A DNA stretch of 64,000 nt from NCBI GenBank assembly GCA_963719315.1, contig CAVRBU010000006.1:160001-224000 (forward strand), read 5' to 3'. The translations under genes were made by a program, and so were the position numbers. The stretch's first letter is position 1; each line of letters starts with the position of its first letter. The notes beneath the pieces are model-generated. The model made no database searches. It saw only the letters and a program-made list of their open reading frames with translations, and had not been told where the DNA came from. This stretch comes from an uncultured Planctomycetota bacterium (lineage in GTDB: Bacteria > Planctomycetota > Planctomycetia > Pirellulales > Lacipirellulaceae). Below, piece by piece: positions 40,631-51,081 of the stretch.

Positions 40631-41197
40631 CTGAAACTATTTGGGCGTGGTACGGACCGACGCGTCACCAAAATCTCGTGGTGGGCGCCGTATTGGTTTC
40701 ACTGTCCTCGCACGTGGCGAACGTAGCGGTTGCTACTTCGCTCGGGAACGATCGTCCGCGTTTCGATTGTTTCGGTTGTTGTGGGCGCGGCAATCGTCGT
40801 CTGCCTGAAAGTGGCGATGCCGATGATTCAGCTTCCGCCTCTGTGGAAGCTACTGCTCGCGTTGCCTGCGATCTATGCCTACGTCTTTGTTATGCTGTTG
40901 GTCCATGCGCTGATCCCCTCGCGAATTGAAATCCGCAAGGATCGAATGCACGTGATGACAGGGCAGTCCCACTGGTTCGTCAAGTCCGAAGCCGTGAGCG
41001 CGACGCGGATCGTGATATTTGCACTGGACCGGATACGACTGCGAGTCTTCTACCACTACAAGAATGAACTGCGGTCGCGAACATTTGGGGTGGGGCGTGG
41101 AGTCAACCTCGATGTGCTGGCTGACGTGCTCGCAGTATCCCCGCAGATTTGGGACGCTCGAAATCGATATGAACGATTGCGAGGAGTTTCAATCTAA
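40631..41197 (+). CDS. Two-TM hypothetical protein, possibly degenerate (in-frame TAG at 40724)
   Basis: ORF 40730-41197; the same frame is open upstream to about 40631 except for one TAG. Confidence 0.5.
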
Positions 41198-41303
41198 CAA
41201 AATGTGCCATGGTCGAATTGCCTCGGTAATCTCGCAGTTGAGGCCGGCGTGAGTTAGAATGTTAGTTGTAGCATGTGCAAACACCCACGACAGGAACCAA
41301 TCT

Positions 41304-41547
41304 CATGACCATTGAGGGATACATTGAGAACGGCGGCTTAGTTTTGAGCAGTCCGATCACGCTATCCGATGGTACGCGAGTGACTGTTTTGGTCGAGCCG
41401 CTTTGTGAAGAGCCGGCCAAAGCGGGGGAGAAGTTTCCATCACTCTACGAGAGGATGAAGCCGGTAATTGGAAAAGCGAAAGGGCTTCCGTCAGATCTAG
41501 CGAATAACCACGACCACTATCTTCATGGACAGGCCAAGAGGCAATGA
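41304..41547 (+). CDS. AF2212-like antitoxin
   Basis: IEGYIENG…L.DGTRV.V…GLPSDLANNHDHYLHG; ATGA overlap with a PIN gene. Confidence 0.7.
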
Positions 41548-41944
41548 GTGTCGTTTTTGCCGACTCGTATTGCTACCTGGCGATTGTCAATGAGCGCGAT
41601 GCGGGTCATCAAGCTGCCATTGAATTCTCGCAAAGCCACCTGGGCCGTTCGGTGACGACCGAGTGGGTTTTGACGGAAGTAGCGGATGCATTGAGTGCTT
41701 GCAATCAGCGTCCGATCTTCTTGGAATTGCTCGAATAGCTTCATAACGAGCCTGGGCTATCGATCATTGCCGCGAGCCATGATTTATTCGAGCGCGGTGT
41801 CGAGTTGTTTTCCAACGACCGGACAAGGAATGGTCGCTTACCGATAGTATTTCGTTTGTGGTGATGCAGGACCATAGTCTATCGGAAGCGTTAACGACCG
41901 ATCGTCACTTTGAGCAGGGCGGGTTCGTAGCGGTGCTGAAGTAG
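41544..41944 (+). pseudogene. VapC/PIN toxin with a premature stop and a frameshift
   Basis: VFADS…VLTE; TAG at 41736-41738; downstream DKEWSLTDSISFVVM…LTTDRHFEQGGF in a shifted frame. Confidence 0.85.
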
Positions 41945-42066
41945 ACCACAGCCGTTTCGGTATATCGCGCACTTCGTTGCGAATGCCCGTCGGCCGGACT
42001 ACACTGCACCGCATGTTGGCGGAGTTTCTCCCCAGGCTTTGTTCGCCGCTTTTGCCAAGGTGATCT

Positions 42067-42807
42067 GTGCTGTGTCGATTCCGATTTACGGTTGGCATCG
42101 CGGTTGTAATGGCGATGGGTTGGCGTGGCGAAGATGTTATCGTTGCTGCCGATGTGCCGATTGCCGCAGAGGCTGGTCGTGGAGCAATCGAAGGCACGGT
42201 CACGTATCGGGTGGATGCCGCGCATCCGTGGCGATATGCGCGGTACTACGTCAAGAATTCCAAGTCGGGCGAGTTGGCGGAGGCGGTGATTGCGGTTCGG
42301 GGGAAGGGGCAATTCAAGGCACCCTCACCCCAACCCTCTCCCGAAAGGAGAGGGAGCGTGACGGCAAGAATCGATCAAAAGGATTTTGCGTTTCAGCCGG
42401 AGCTGGTGGCGATTCGGCGGGGCGATTCGGTGACGTTTACCAATAGCGACTCGGCGACGCACAACGTGCGGACCGCTGGTGAGCTGGCCAGTTTCAATGT
42501 GACGATGTCGGCCGGCTGCGCCGGAAACACGATCAAGTTCGATCGAGCCGGGGGCGCTCGGCGGCCGGTGGAGATTGGGTGCGTTTTTCATAGCAACATG
42601 CATGCGTGGATTTTTGTGTTCGATCATCCGTTCTATGCGGTAACGAAAGCGGATGGGAAATTCAAGTTGGTGGATGTTCCGGTGGGTGAGTACGAGTTGG
42701 AAATGGCGCACCCGGCGGGCGGCCTGCGGTGGAAGAGATCGATCACGGTCAAGGCGGGCGAGAAGGTGAAGGTAGATGTGCAGGTGTCGCCAACGGATGT
42801 GAAATAA
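42067..42807 (+). CDS. Exported cupredoxin-like / carboxypeptidase-regulatory-like protein
   Basis: DQKDFAFQP, FTNSD..THNV, CVFHSNM (putative Cu ligands), DHPFYAVT..DG.F. Confidence 0.8.
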   Translation: MLCRFRFTVGIAVVMAMGWRGEDVIVAADVPIAAEAGRGAIEGTVTYRVDAAHPWRYARYYVKNSKSGELAEAVIAVRGKGQFKAPSPQPSPERRGSVTARIDQKDFAFQPELVAIRRGDSVTFTNSDSATHNVRTAGELASFNVTMSAGCAGNTIKFDRAGGARRPVEIGCVFHSNMHAWIFVFDHPFYAVTKADGKFKLVDVPVGEYELEMAHPAGGLRWKRSITVKAGEKVKVDVQVSPTDVK

Positions 42808-42936
42808 TTGGCCTTTCGAATACGATTGGGAACACCAATTATCACTAATCTTCGCTAATTGTATTTGAAGTTTAGTTAGCATAAGCGTCGATTAGTGTTC
42901 GACGAAATGGCGTTGAAAATACCAGGAGGCGGAACC

Positions 42937-44121
42937 ATGTTGAGTGGACTGTTGTCGCGGCGCGAGGCGATTGGCACGGCGGTGACGTCAGTCGCGGCTG
43001 GCTTGGCGCTTTTGGCGAACCCCGATTTTGTGTTTGCCGGCGAGGGAGACGAGGAGGAGTTGGTTCCGTTTTTGAAGGAGCCGCGGTCGAAGCCCGATAG
43101 TCTCGATTGGGAAACGCTCACCGAGTGGATCACACCGCAGGACCAGACGTTCAGCGTGCAGCACTACAACATTCCCAAGGTCGAAGCCAAGGGTTACGAA
43201 TTGGAGATCACAGGGCTGGTCGAGCATCCCCAGAAGCTAAGCCTCGATGAGTTGAAAGCGCTGCCGCGGCAGGAGCAATACATGACGCTCGAATGTTCGG
43301 GCAACGGGTCGGCGCCTGGGTTCATGAATGCCGTGTACAACAGTCGCTGGAGCGGCACGCGGTTGGCGCCGATCTTGAAGGAGTGCGGCATCAAACCGGG
43401 AGCGACGGAGGTCGTGTTTTTTGGGTACGATCAACAGAAGGAATCTCTGCGAAAAGGGACGCCGCGCAAACTGACGATCGAAGTGCCGTTTGGGCGGAGC
43501 ATGAACATTGAGGATTTGAATCGGCTCGATCCGTTGTTGGCTTACGAGCGGAACGGCGAGCCGTTCGCCCAGCGGAACGGGGCGCCGCTGCGGTTGATCG
43601 TGCCGGGTTGGTATGGCATCGCGAATGTGAAGTGGTTGCGGCGGATCGAGGTGCGCGATCGGCGGTATATGGGGCGGTTCATGGGCCGCGATTACGTGAC
43701 CGTACGCGGTGAGAAGCATGGGGATGAAGTGGTGTTCGTCGAAAGCTCGGTCACGCGGATGAATCTCAAATCGGTGGTCGCCCGGGTGACTCGCCGGCCG
43801 ACGAAGGATGGCAAGGTTCCGCTCAAGGCGTACGGCGCCGTGTGGGGCGATGGCACGCCGATTAAAGAGGTCGAAGTACGGCTGGACGACGGCGATTGGC
43901 GCGTGGCGACGATCGACGAGAAGCCGTTCAAGCAATTCAGTTGGCGATTCTTTTCGATCGACCTGGGCGACATCGCGCCGGGGAAGCACACGGTCGTGTC
44001 GCGGGCGATCGACGAAAAGGGGCGGGTTCAACCCACGGCCGAGGATGATGAGATCGCACTCAAGAAAACGTACTGGGAGGCGTATCAGCAGTGGCCGCGG
44101 ACGATCGACGTGGAGGCGTGA
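42937..44121 (+). CDS. Sulfite-oxidase-family molybdopterin oxidoreductase, Tat signal
   Basis: SRREAI; TLECSGN; GAPLRLIVPGWYG..NVKWL; C-terminal dimerisation domain. Confidence 0.92.
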   Translation: MLSGLLSRREAIGTAVTSVAAGLALLANPDFVFAGEGDEEELVPFLKEPRSKPDSLDWETLTEWITPQDQTFSVQHYNIPKVEAKGYELEITGLVEHPQKLSLDELKALPRQEQYMTLECSGNGSAPGFMNAVYNSRWSGTRLAPILKECGIKPGATEVVFFGYDQQKESLRKGTPRKLTIEVPFGRSMNIEDLNRLDPLLAYERNGEPFAQRNGAPLRLIVPGWYGIANVKWLRRIEVRDRRYMGRFMGRDYVTVRGEKHGDEVVFVESSVTRMNLKSVVARVTRRPTKDGKVPLKAYGAVWGDGTPIKEVEVRLDDGDWRVATIDEKPFKQFSWRFFSIDLGDIAPGKHTVVSRAIDEKGRVQPTAEDDEIALKKTYWEAYQQWPRTIDVEA

Positions 44122-44320
44122 TTTCGCTGCATTGGGCTCGCCTGTGCTCGAACTGAGCCACCAATTCGAGCGAGGTGCTGAGGTCTGCAATCGCCAGGAG
44201 TCTTGTGTTCTCGCTTGGTTGGCCGATAATTGAGGGAACGCGTAAAAGCTGAGCCGGCACGAATGTGGTGACGCTTTTGGATCTTGCGTTCCCGCCCACC
44301 TAACCACGTCTTGTGTGGCC

Positions 44321-47300
44321 ATGAATCACCGATCCTTGCGAATGCGGAATGCATGCTGCGCAGTGGGATCGCTCGCGGCTCTTTGGCTGCTTGTAGCGTT
44401 GCCGGTGAAGGGGACCGCTGAAGAGTCAAAACCGAGTGCGTTAGGAAACGCGTATAAGGCGGAAATCCGCCCTCTGATGGAACACTACTGCCACGATTGT
44501 CATGGCGGGGCGGACGTGGTCGAAGGCGAAATCAATCTGGCGACGATGAAGAATTGGGACGATGCCGTCAAGCATCCGCCGACGTGGCAAAAGGTTGCCG
44601 AGATGCTAGGCAATGGATTGATGCCGCCTGAAGACGCTGAACAACCTACAGAGGCCGAGCGGGAGAGGCTGCAAAAGTGGGTGGCCGACTATCTGGCGCT
44701 TGAAGCACGGACCCACGCCGGCGATCCGGGCCGAGTAATTCTGAGGCGACTGAGCAACGCGGAATACACCTACACGCTGCGCGATTTGACGGGCGTGGAG
44801 TCGCTCGATCCAGCTCGAGAGTTTCCGGCAGACGGGGCGGCGGGAGAAGGTTTCACGAACGCCGGTGGCGCTCTTGTGATGTCGCCCGCGCTCGTGACGA
44901 AGTATTTCGACGCGGCAAAGGAAGTTGCCAATCACGCGGCGCTGTTGCCGGGCGGGTTTCGATTTTCGCCCCACACGACGGCCCGCGATTGGACGGACGA
45001 CACGCTCGCGCAGATTCGCGATTTCTACGGCAAGTTTACGGAATCCGGCGGCGGCAAGCAGGTAAACTTGCAAGGCATTGTGTTCGACACAAATCGAGGA
45101 GGGCGGTTGCCGGTCGAGAAGTATCTGGCCGCAACGCTGGTCGAACGCGAAGCGCTGGCAGCGGGCCGCAAGACTATCGATGCTGCAGCCGGCGAGCATG
45201 GACTGAATGCGAAGTATTTGGGAATTCTTTGGGCGGCGCTCACCGGAACCGAACCGTCCCTGTTGCTGGACGGTTTTCGCGCGCGTTGGCGCACGGCGAA
45301 ACCGGAAGATGCGCCGGCGCTGGCGGCTGAAGTCGCAGCTTGGCAAACGTCGTTGTGGCGATTCTCGAGCGTGGGGCTCATTGGCCGGCAAGGTGGACCG
45401 AAGCGGTGGATGGAGCCCATCAATCCGCTGACGACGAAGCAAGAACTGACGTTCAAGATTCCGGACTCGCCCGAGGGCAAGGATGTTTCGATTTCACTCG
45501 TCGCAACCGATGCGGGCGACGGCAACCAATCCGACTTCGTGATTTGGCAGGCGCCGCGGCTGGTAGCGCCGGGACAACCGGATTTATTGCTGCGAGACAT
45601 TCGTGAGGTGGCGCGTAAGCTCAAATCGCGACGCGCCCAGCTATTCTCAAACGCCGCAACCTACTTGAATGCGGCCGATGAAATATCGTCTGCGGATCAG
45701 TTGGTCGACGTAGCCAAGGTAGCCAGCCAGCACGATTTGTTGGAAACCGACTTGCGGGCATGGCTCGATTTTTTGGGCATCGGCCCAGGTAACTCGGTCG
45801 AGTTGGAAGGGTTGTTTGCGAATAAGTTAAACGGCGTCGCGGGCTTCGAGTTCGTGAATGGTTGGGGGAGCAACGACACTCCCTCGCTCATGGCCAATTC
45901 GTCGAGCGAGAACGTGCGGATACCCGGAAACATGAAGCCCCACGGCGTGGCGGTCCATCCGTCGCCCACGCTGCGTTCCGCGGTCGGATGGCGCAGCCCG
46001 ATCGCCGGGACGGTGCACGTCGAATGTACAGTGACGCCCGCTCATCCGGAATGCGGCAACGGCGTAACGTGGTTGCTAAGTCTGCGACGCGGCGCCACGC
46101 GGCAGCAGTTAGCGAGCGGCGTAGCGCAGGGACCGGCCGAGGTGAAGGTGGGGCCATTCGATGGCATTGTTGTACGCGCAGGAGACGTGCTTTCGTTGTC
46201 GATCGGCGCGCGCGACGGCGATCATTCGTGTGACTTGACGGCGATCGACTTTGACGTCACCGGCAGGAAAGGCGATCCGCAATCCATTTGGAACCTGGCG
46301 AGCGATGTTTCCGGCAACGTGTTGGCCGGCAATCCGCATGCGGATCGATATCACAACGCAAACATCTGGAACTTCTATGCGGAGCCGGAAGTTGGCGGCG
46401 CAGCGGCGCCGGTCATTCCAGCAGAATCCGTGCTAGCGAAGTGGGTCGCCGCTACGAGCGGAGAGGAGCGGCACGCGCTGGCGATCGATGTGCAGAAGCT
46501 GTTGACAACTGGACCGTCAACGGCGACGGACAGTGCAGATGGGGCACTCTATCGACAGTTGGCCTCGCCGCGCGGGCCGCTGTTGGGTGGCTTCGCCGGT
46601 CTGGCATCGAATACCGGAACCGATGAGTTGGACGAATCGGACGTGGGGCTTGGTCCCGCAATGTTTGGTCATCATCCGAACGGGCGCCCGATCGACGCCG
46701 CGAATCTGTGTGTGCAGGCGCCGTCGGTGATTGAGATTCGATTGCCGGCCGATTTGGCGGCTGGGTGCGAGCTGGTGACGACCGGCGTACTCGACAAGGA
46801 AACGGGCAGCGACGGCTCCGTGCAGCTTTCCATCGTGGCCGGAAAACCAGCAATCGAATCAGGTTTACATCGCGGCGAAGCGAAGGTCACGGCGCGAATC
46901 GGCCAGTGGTCGAGTAACAATCCGGAAGTTGTGAACTCGGCTCCCATTCTCGTCACCGAAGGCAGCCTAACGCAGCAGCGCGTGGAGGCCGCGTTCGAGG
47001 AATTTCGTCAACTGTTTCCGCCGGCCATATGCTACGTGAAGATCGTGCCGGTGGATGAAGTCATTTCGGTGACGTTGTTCTATCGTGAGGATGATCACTT
47101 GGTGCGGCTGATGCTGGACGAGTCACAGCGGCGACAATTGGATCGACTATGGGATGAGTTGCATTTCTTCAGTCGCGACGCACTGGCATCGGTGAATGCG
47201 TTCGCCCAACTGCTCGAATTCGCCACTCAGGACGCGGACCCAAAAGTGTTCGAGCCGTTGCGAGAGCCGATCAACGATCGGGCGGCGGCGTTTCGGCAGT

Positions 47301-48577
47301 TTCTAGTCGATTGCGAGCCCAAGCAAATCGAGGCGCTCGTTGAATTCGCGGCGCGGGCGTATCGACGGCCGCTGACGGCGGAAGAGGTGTCCGCTTTACA
47401 CGCGTTGTATGAGAATCTTCGCAAGGAAGGGCTTCCACACGAGGATGCGTTTCGCTTGACGCTCGCACGGGTGTTGGTGGCGCCGGCGTTTTTGTATCGG
47501 ATTGAGAGGCCGGTTGCGGGCGCGGGGCAAGGGCCCGTTTCTGATTGGGAACTCGCGAGCCGGTTGAGCTACTTCCTATGGGCCTCGCAGCCGGATGCCG
47601 AATTGCGGCAGTTGGCGGCCGACGGTCGGCTGCATGAACCGGACGTGCTCGTCGCCCAAACGCGGCGGATGTTGCGCGATGCCAAGACGCGACGACTGGC
47701 GATGGGGTTCGCCTGCCATTGGCTTCTAATCGACGACTTCGAGCACTTGGACGAAAAGAGCGACCGGCACTTTCCTACGTTTGCAAGCTTGCGCGGCGCG
47801 ATGGCTGAGGAATCGATTCTGTTTTTTACCGATCTGTTTCAACACGGAGGATCGGTGCTGAACATCCTCGATGCTGACTACACTTTCTTGAATGAGCCGC
47901 TGGCAAAGCACTACGGAATCCCCGGCGTGACCGGAGCCGAGTGGCGGCGCGTGGATGGCGTGAAGAAGTACTCGCGCGGCGGCGTATTGGCGCAGGCGAC
48001 GACGCTGGCGAAGCAGTCGGGCGCTTCGCGGACGAGCCCCATCCTGCGGGGGAATTGGGTCAGCGAAGTATTGCTAGGCGAGCGATTGCCAAAACCGCCG
48101 AAGGGTGTTCCTCCCTTGCCGGACGATGAAGCGGCGACCGAAGGGTTGACGGTGCGGCAACTCGTCGAAAAGCATGTCAGTGATCCGAAGTGCGCGGTTT
48201 GCCATCAACGCTTCGACCCGTACGGTTTTTCGCTGGAGGCGTTCGATGCGATTGGCGGCCATCGCGAAAAGGACCTTGGCGATCGGCCGATCGACACGCG
48301 CGTTAAAGCGATGGATGGGGCAGAGTTCGAGGGGTTGGAGGGTTTGCAAAACTACCTGCTCACGAAGCGGCGGGAGGCCTTTTTGCACCAATTTTGTCGA
48401 AAACTGCTCGGCTATGCCCTAGGTAGAGCGGTGCAGCTTTCGGACGATCCGCTCCTGACGGAAATGCAGAGCGAACTGGCTGCCAACGATTACAAGGTGG
48501 ATGTGGCCGTCGAGACGATCGTGCGGAGCCGTCAGTTCCGCGAGATTCGAGGGATGGATACCGCGTTCGACAATTGA
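44321..48577 (+). CDS. DUF1592-family protein with cytochrome-c-like motifs
   Basis: CHDCH, RRLSNAEY…, ELASRLSYFLW, TSPILRG.WV, CAVCH. Confidence 0.9.
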   Translation: MNHRSLRMRNACCAVGSLAALWLLVALPVKGTAEESKPSALGNAYKAEIRPLMEHYCHDCHGGADVVEGEINLATMKNWDDAVKHPPTWQKVAEMLGNGLMPPEDAEQPTEAERERLQKWVADYLALEARTHAGDPGRVILRRLSNAEYTYTLRDLTGVESLDPAREFPADGAAGEGFTNAGGALVMSPALVTKYFDAAKEVANHAALLPGGFRFSPHTTARDWTDDTLAQIRDFYGKFTESGGGKQVNLQGIVFDTNRGGRLPVEKYLAATLVEREALAAGRKTIDAAAGEHGLNAKYLGILWAALTGTEPSLLLDGFRARWRTAKPEDAPALAAEVAAWQTSLWRFSSVGLIGRQGGPKRWMEPINPLTTKQELTFKIPDSPEGKDVSISLVATDAGDGNQSDFVIWQAPRLVAPGQPDLLLRDIREVARKLKSRRAQLFSNAATYLNAADEISSADQLVDVAKVASQHDLLETDLRAWLDFLGIGPGNSVELEGLFANKLNGVAGFEFVNGWGSNDTPSLMANSSSENVRIPGNMKPHGVAVHPSPTLRSAVGWRSPIAGTVHVECTVTPAHPECGNGVTWLLSLRRGATRQQLASGVAQGPAEVKVGPFDGIVVRAGDVLSLSIGARDGDHSCDLTAIDFDVTGRKGDPQSIWNLASDVSGNVLAGNPHADRYHNANIWNFYAEPEVGGAAAPVIPAESVLAKWVAATSGEERHALAIDVQKLLTTGPSTATDSADGALYRQLASPRGPLLGGFAGLASNTGTDELDESDVGLGPAMFGHHPNGRPIDAANLCVQAPSVIEIRLPADLAAGCELVTTGVLDKETGSDGSVQLSIVAGKPAIESGLHRGEAKVTARIGQWSSNNPEVVNSAPILVTEGSLTQQRVEAAFEEFRQLFPPAICYVKIVPVDEVISVTLFYREDDHLVRLMLDESQRRQLDRLWDELHFFSRDALASVNAFAQLLEFATQDADPKVFEPLREPINDRAAAFRQFLVDCEPKQIEALVEFAARAYRRPLTAEEVSALHALYENLRKEGLPHEDAFRLTLARVLVAPAFLYRIERPVAGAGQGPVSDWELASRLSYFLWASQPDAELRQLAADGRLHEPDVLVAQTRRMLRDAKTRRLAMGFACHWLLIDDFEHLDEKSDRHFPTFASLRGAMAEESILFFTDLFQHGGSVLNILDADYTFLNEPLAKHYGIPGVTGAEWRRVDGVKKYSRGGVLAQATTLAKQSGASRTSPILRGNWVSEVLLGERLPKPPKGVPPLPDDEAATEGLTVRQLVEKHVSDPKCAVCHQRFDPYGFSLEAFDAIGGHREKDLGDRPIDTRVKAMDGAEFEGLEGLQNYLLTKRREAFLHQFCRKLLGYALGRAVQLSDDPLLTEMQSELAANDYKVDVAVETIVRSRQFREIRGMDTAFDN

Positions 48578-48658
48578 TAAGTTGAGAATCCTCTCCCTGT
48601 GGGAGAGGGCAAGGTGGATTTTCGCCGCCTCGGCAAGCTATTACAAAAGTGAATCGAT

Positions 48659-49963
48659 ATGAGCAACCACAGATTCTCTCGCCGTACGATGCTTCGCGGA
48701 ATTGGCGTCACGATGGCGCTGCCGTGGTTCGAGTCGCTTAACGTGTGGGGCGATGTGGCGCGTGGCGCCGAAGTGGCGAGCGAAGCGCCCGTGCGGCTGG
48801 CCGTGCTGTTCGCCGGCAACGGCTTTCATAGCAAAGAGTGGTGGGCCAAGGGCGAAGGGAAGGCGATGGAGTTGGGCCAGGTACTCGCGCCGCTGGCCGA
48901 CTATCGTGAGAAGATGTTGTTCATCCGCGGCCTGTTCAATGAACAAGCGCTCAAGGGCAACATTCACAGCTCACAGACCGGAAACCTGCTCTCCGGCGCG
49001 CCGCTGGCGTCCGGCGGTGAAATCCGTTCGGGTACGAGCATTGATCAGTTGCTGGCGCAAAAGTATGGGCGATCGACCAAAGTGTCGAGCCTGGTGCTGG
49101 GTTGCGAAACATCGAACCCGGCGATCCATAAAAACTATTCGATGCTCTACAGTTCGCACATTTCCTGGTCGTCTCCGACGACGCCGACACCATTGGAACT
49201 CTACCCGGCCCTGGCGTTTGACCGGCTGTTCAAAGATGAAGTTCAGCGCGGCGATAAGAGCGTGCTCGACGCGGTCTTGAGCGATGCGAGCGACGTGCGC
49301 CGGGAGATCAGCACGACCGACCAGCGGAAGCTGGATGAGTATCTGGAATCCGTGCGCGATGTGGAACAGCGAATCGCGCACGCGGGTAAGCAGGGCGAAT
49401 TGCAAGGCTGGCGGCCCACGCTCGAGAAGCCGAATATCCCGCGCCCGCCGGAGGGCGTTCCGCAAAACATTGCCGACCACATGCGGCTGATGTGTGACAT
49501 CCTGGTGCTGGGATTCCAAACGGATACCACGAGGATCACCACGCTTAAGTTGAATAACGATCACTCGTCGCTCAGGTTCCCGCATTTGGGCGTCGACTAC
49601 ATGATCCACCATCTACTGTCCCACTCGGACACGGCCGATTGGCTCAAAGTGAACCAGTTCTTCGTCCAGCAATTGGCCTACATCGCCGGCAAATTGGACG
49701 CGATTCAAGAGGGCGAACGAACCGCGCTCGACAATTCGATGCTGCTGTTCTGCTCGAGCATGCTGACGGGGGGGCACGATGCCACGCAGTTGCCGGTTGT
49801 GCTGCTGGGCGGCGGCGGCGGGAAGATTCAATCGGGCCGGGTGCTGGATTACAGTGGCCAGCCGAACCGCCAGATGTGTCGGCTTTATCTGTCGATGATG
49901 GATAAGATGAACGTGCGGATGGACAAATTCGGCGACGCGACGGAGCGACTCGCAGAAGTTTGA
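48659..49963 (+). CDS. DUF1552 (HXXSHH) protein
   Basis: SRRTMLRG Tat signal, SIDQ, HHLLSH; typical partner of DUF1592 proteins. Confidence 0.9.
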   Translation: MSNHRFSRRTMLRGIGVTMALPWFESLNVWGDVARGAEVASEAPVRLAVLFAGNGFHSKEWWAKGEGKAMELGQVLAPLADYREKMLFIRGLFNEQALKGNIHSSQTGNLLSGAPLASGGEIRSGTSIDQLLAQKYGRSTKVSSLVLGCETSNPAIHKNYSMLYSSHISWSSPTTPTPLELYPALAFDRLFKDEVQRGDKSVLDAVLSDASDVRREISTTDQRKLDEYLESVRDVEQRIAHAGKQGELQGWRPTLEKPNIPRPPEGVPQNIADHMRLMCDILVLGFQTDTTRITTLKLNNDHSSLRFPHLGVDYMIHHLLSHSDTADWLKVNQFFVQQLAYIAGKLDAIQEGERTALDNSMLLFCSSMLTGGHDATQLPVVLLGGGGGKIQSGRVLDYSGQPNRQMCRLYLSMMDKMNVRMDKFGDATERLAEV

Positions 49964-49985
49964 CTCGCAGAAGTTTGACTCGCAT
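49949..49985. repeat. 15-bp tandem repeat across the stop codon
   Basis: GACTCGCAGAAGTTT x2.5. Confidence 0.85.
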
Positions 49986-50007
49986 CGTCGTTGCAACAAG
50001 ACCCACT

Positions 50008-50754
50008 TCAGGGCGATTCGACCCAGAATAAGTCGTTCATGTTTTTCCTGGAAAACTCGTAGGTGACGGTCGAGAATTTGCCGATGCCGGAGTCCTGCGT
50101 GTAAAAGAGGCCACCGCCCAGCTGGTTGGTGTCGTCGGCGTAGCCAACGAAGATCCGGCTGTGGCTGGCGCCCGAGGCAACTGGGTAGCCCTTCGCCAAA
50201 ACACTTTTTACGTCTAACATGTTCCAATCGAACAGGCCGGGCGTGCGGCGCCAGCGTCGGAGCCAATGGACCTTGAGTCCAAGGTCTCGAATTTTCTGCG
50301 CTGACTCGATGGCCTTAGCGGAAGGTTCGAGGGCCGGATCGAATTTGCGGGTGTATGGCATTTCATCCTGAGTGCAGATGCCGTGCTCTTCGAAGCCTTT
50401 GAGCAAATCGCGAAAGAACTGGCCACGATCTTGCGAGTGATTGTTGATGACCTGGTTGCAGGCCCAGTTCAGGTATTCGACGCTCAACCGCGTACCGCGT
50501 TGTTCGTGTTTCGAAACCGCGAATTCGAGAACGCCGGTCGTGGTGAAGACGGAGCACGTGTTGCGGTGGCCTTGATGGCGCGGCGTGAGCCCCCATTCTT
50601 TCATTTGCGGCCGCAGGTCGACGCTGCTGGGCAGTTGCTCGGCTGGTGAAGGCTGTTTCTTGGTCGCGGTGTTGGTGGCCGCGGCAAGTTCGGCGGAAGT
50701 GGCGCCGGCGCCGGTTGACACGAGTATGGCGAAAGCGACCGATAGACGAAACAT
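50008..50754 (-). CDS. Secreted papain-like (C1) cysteine peptidase
   Basis: LPSSVDLR, QGHRNTC, LSVEYL, SHSRIFVGY. Confidence 0.8.
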   Translation of the reverse strand: MFRLSVAFAILVSTGAGATSAELAAATNTATKKQPSPAEQLPSSVDLRPQMKEWGLTPRHQGHRNTCSVFTTTGVLEFAVSKHEQRGTRLSVEYLNWACNQVINNHSQDRGQFFRDLLKGFEEHGICTQDEMPYTRKFDPALEPSAKAIESAQKIRDLGLKVHWLRRWRRTPGLFDWNMLDVKSVLAKGYPVASGASHSRIFVGYADDTNQLGGGLFYTQDSGIGKFSTVTYEFSRKNMNDLFWVESP

Positions 50755-51081
50755 GGGGACGAACTTCGGGGTGGGATTTGTAGGCGGGGCTCTCGTGTCG
50801 ATCTGATATCGATCGTCGGGCGTAATCCCGATTCTATTTCAAGCGCGGTTATATTGAAGCCCTGAGAAGCGACCTTTCGTATCGCGCAAAGTTTGTGGAT
50901 TGTTGGATCGCTTTTGGCCAGTCGGGGCTGTCAAGTCGGTTGCGGCGACGTTGTTGGCTCGTTGACACATGGTAAAAGGCGAGTGAGACTTAGTTGTTTG
51001 GTACGTGGGCGAGTCTATTCGAGACGCTGATTCCGATTTCGGAGAAACCGGCCTACGCGAGCAATTGGCATGGGCGGCGGG

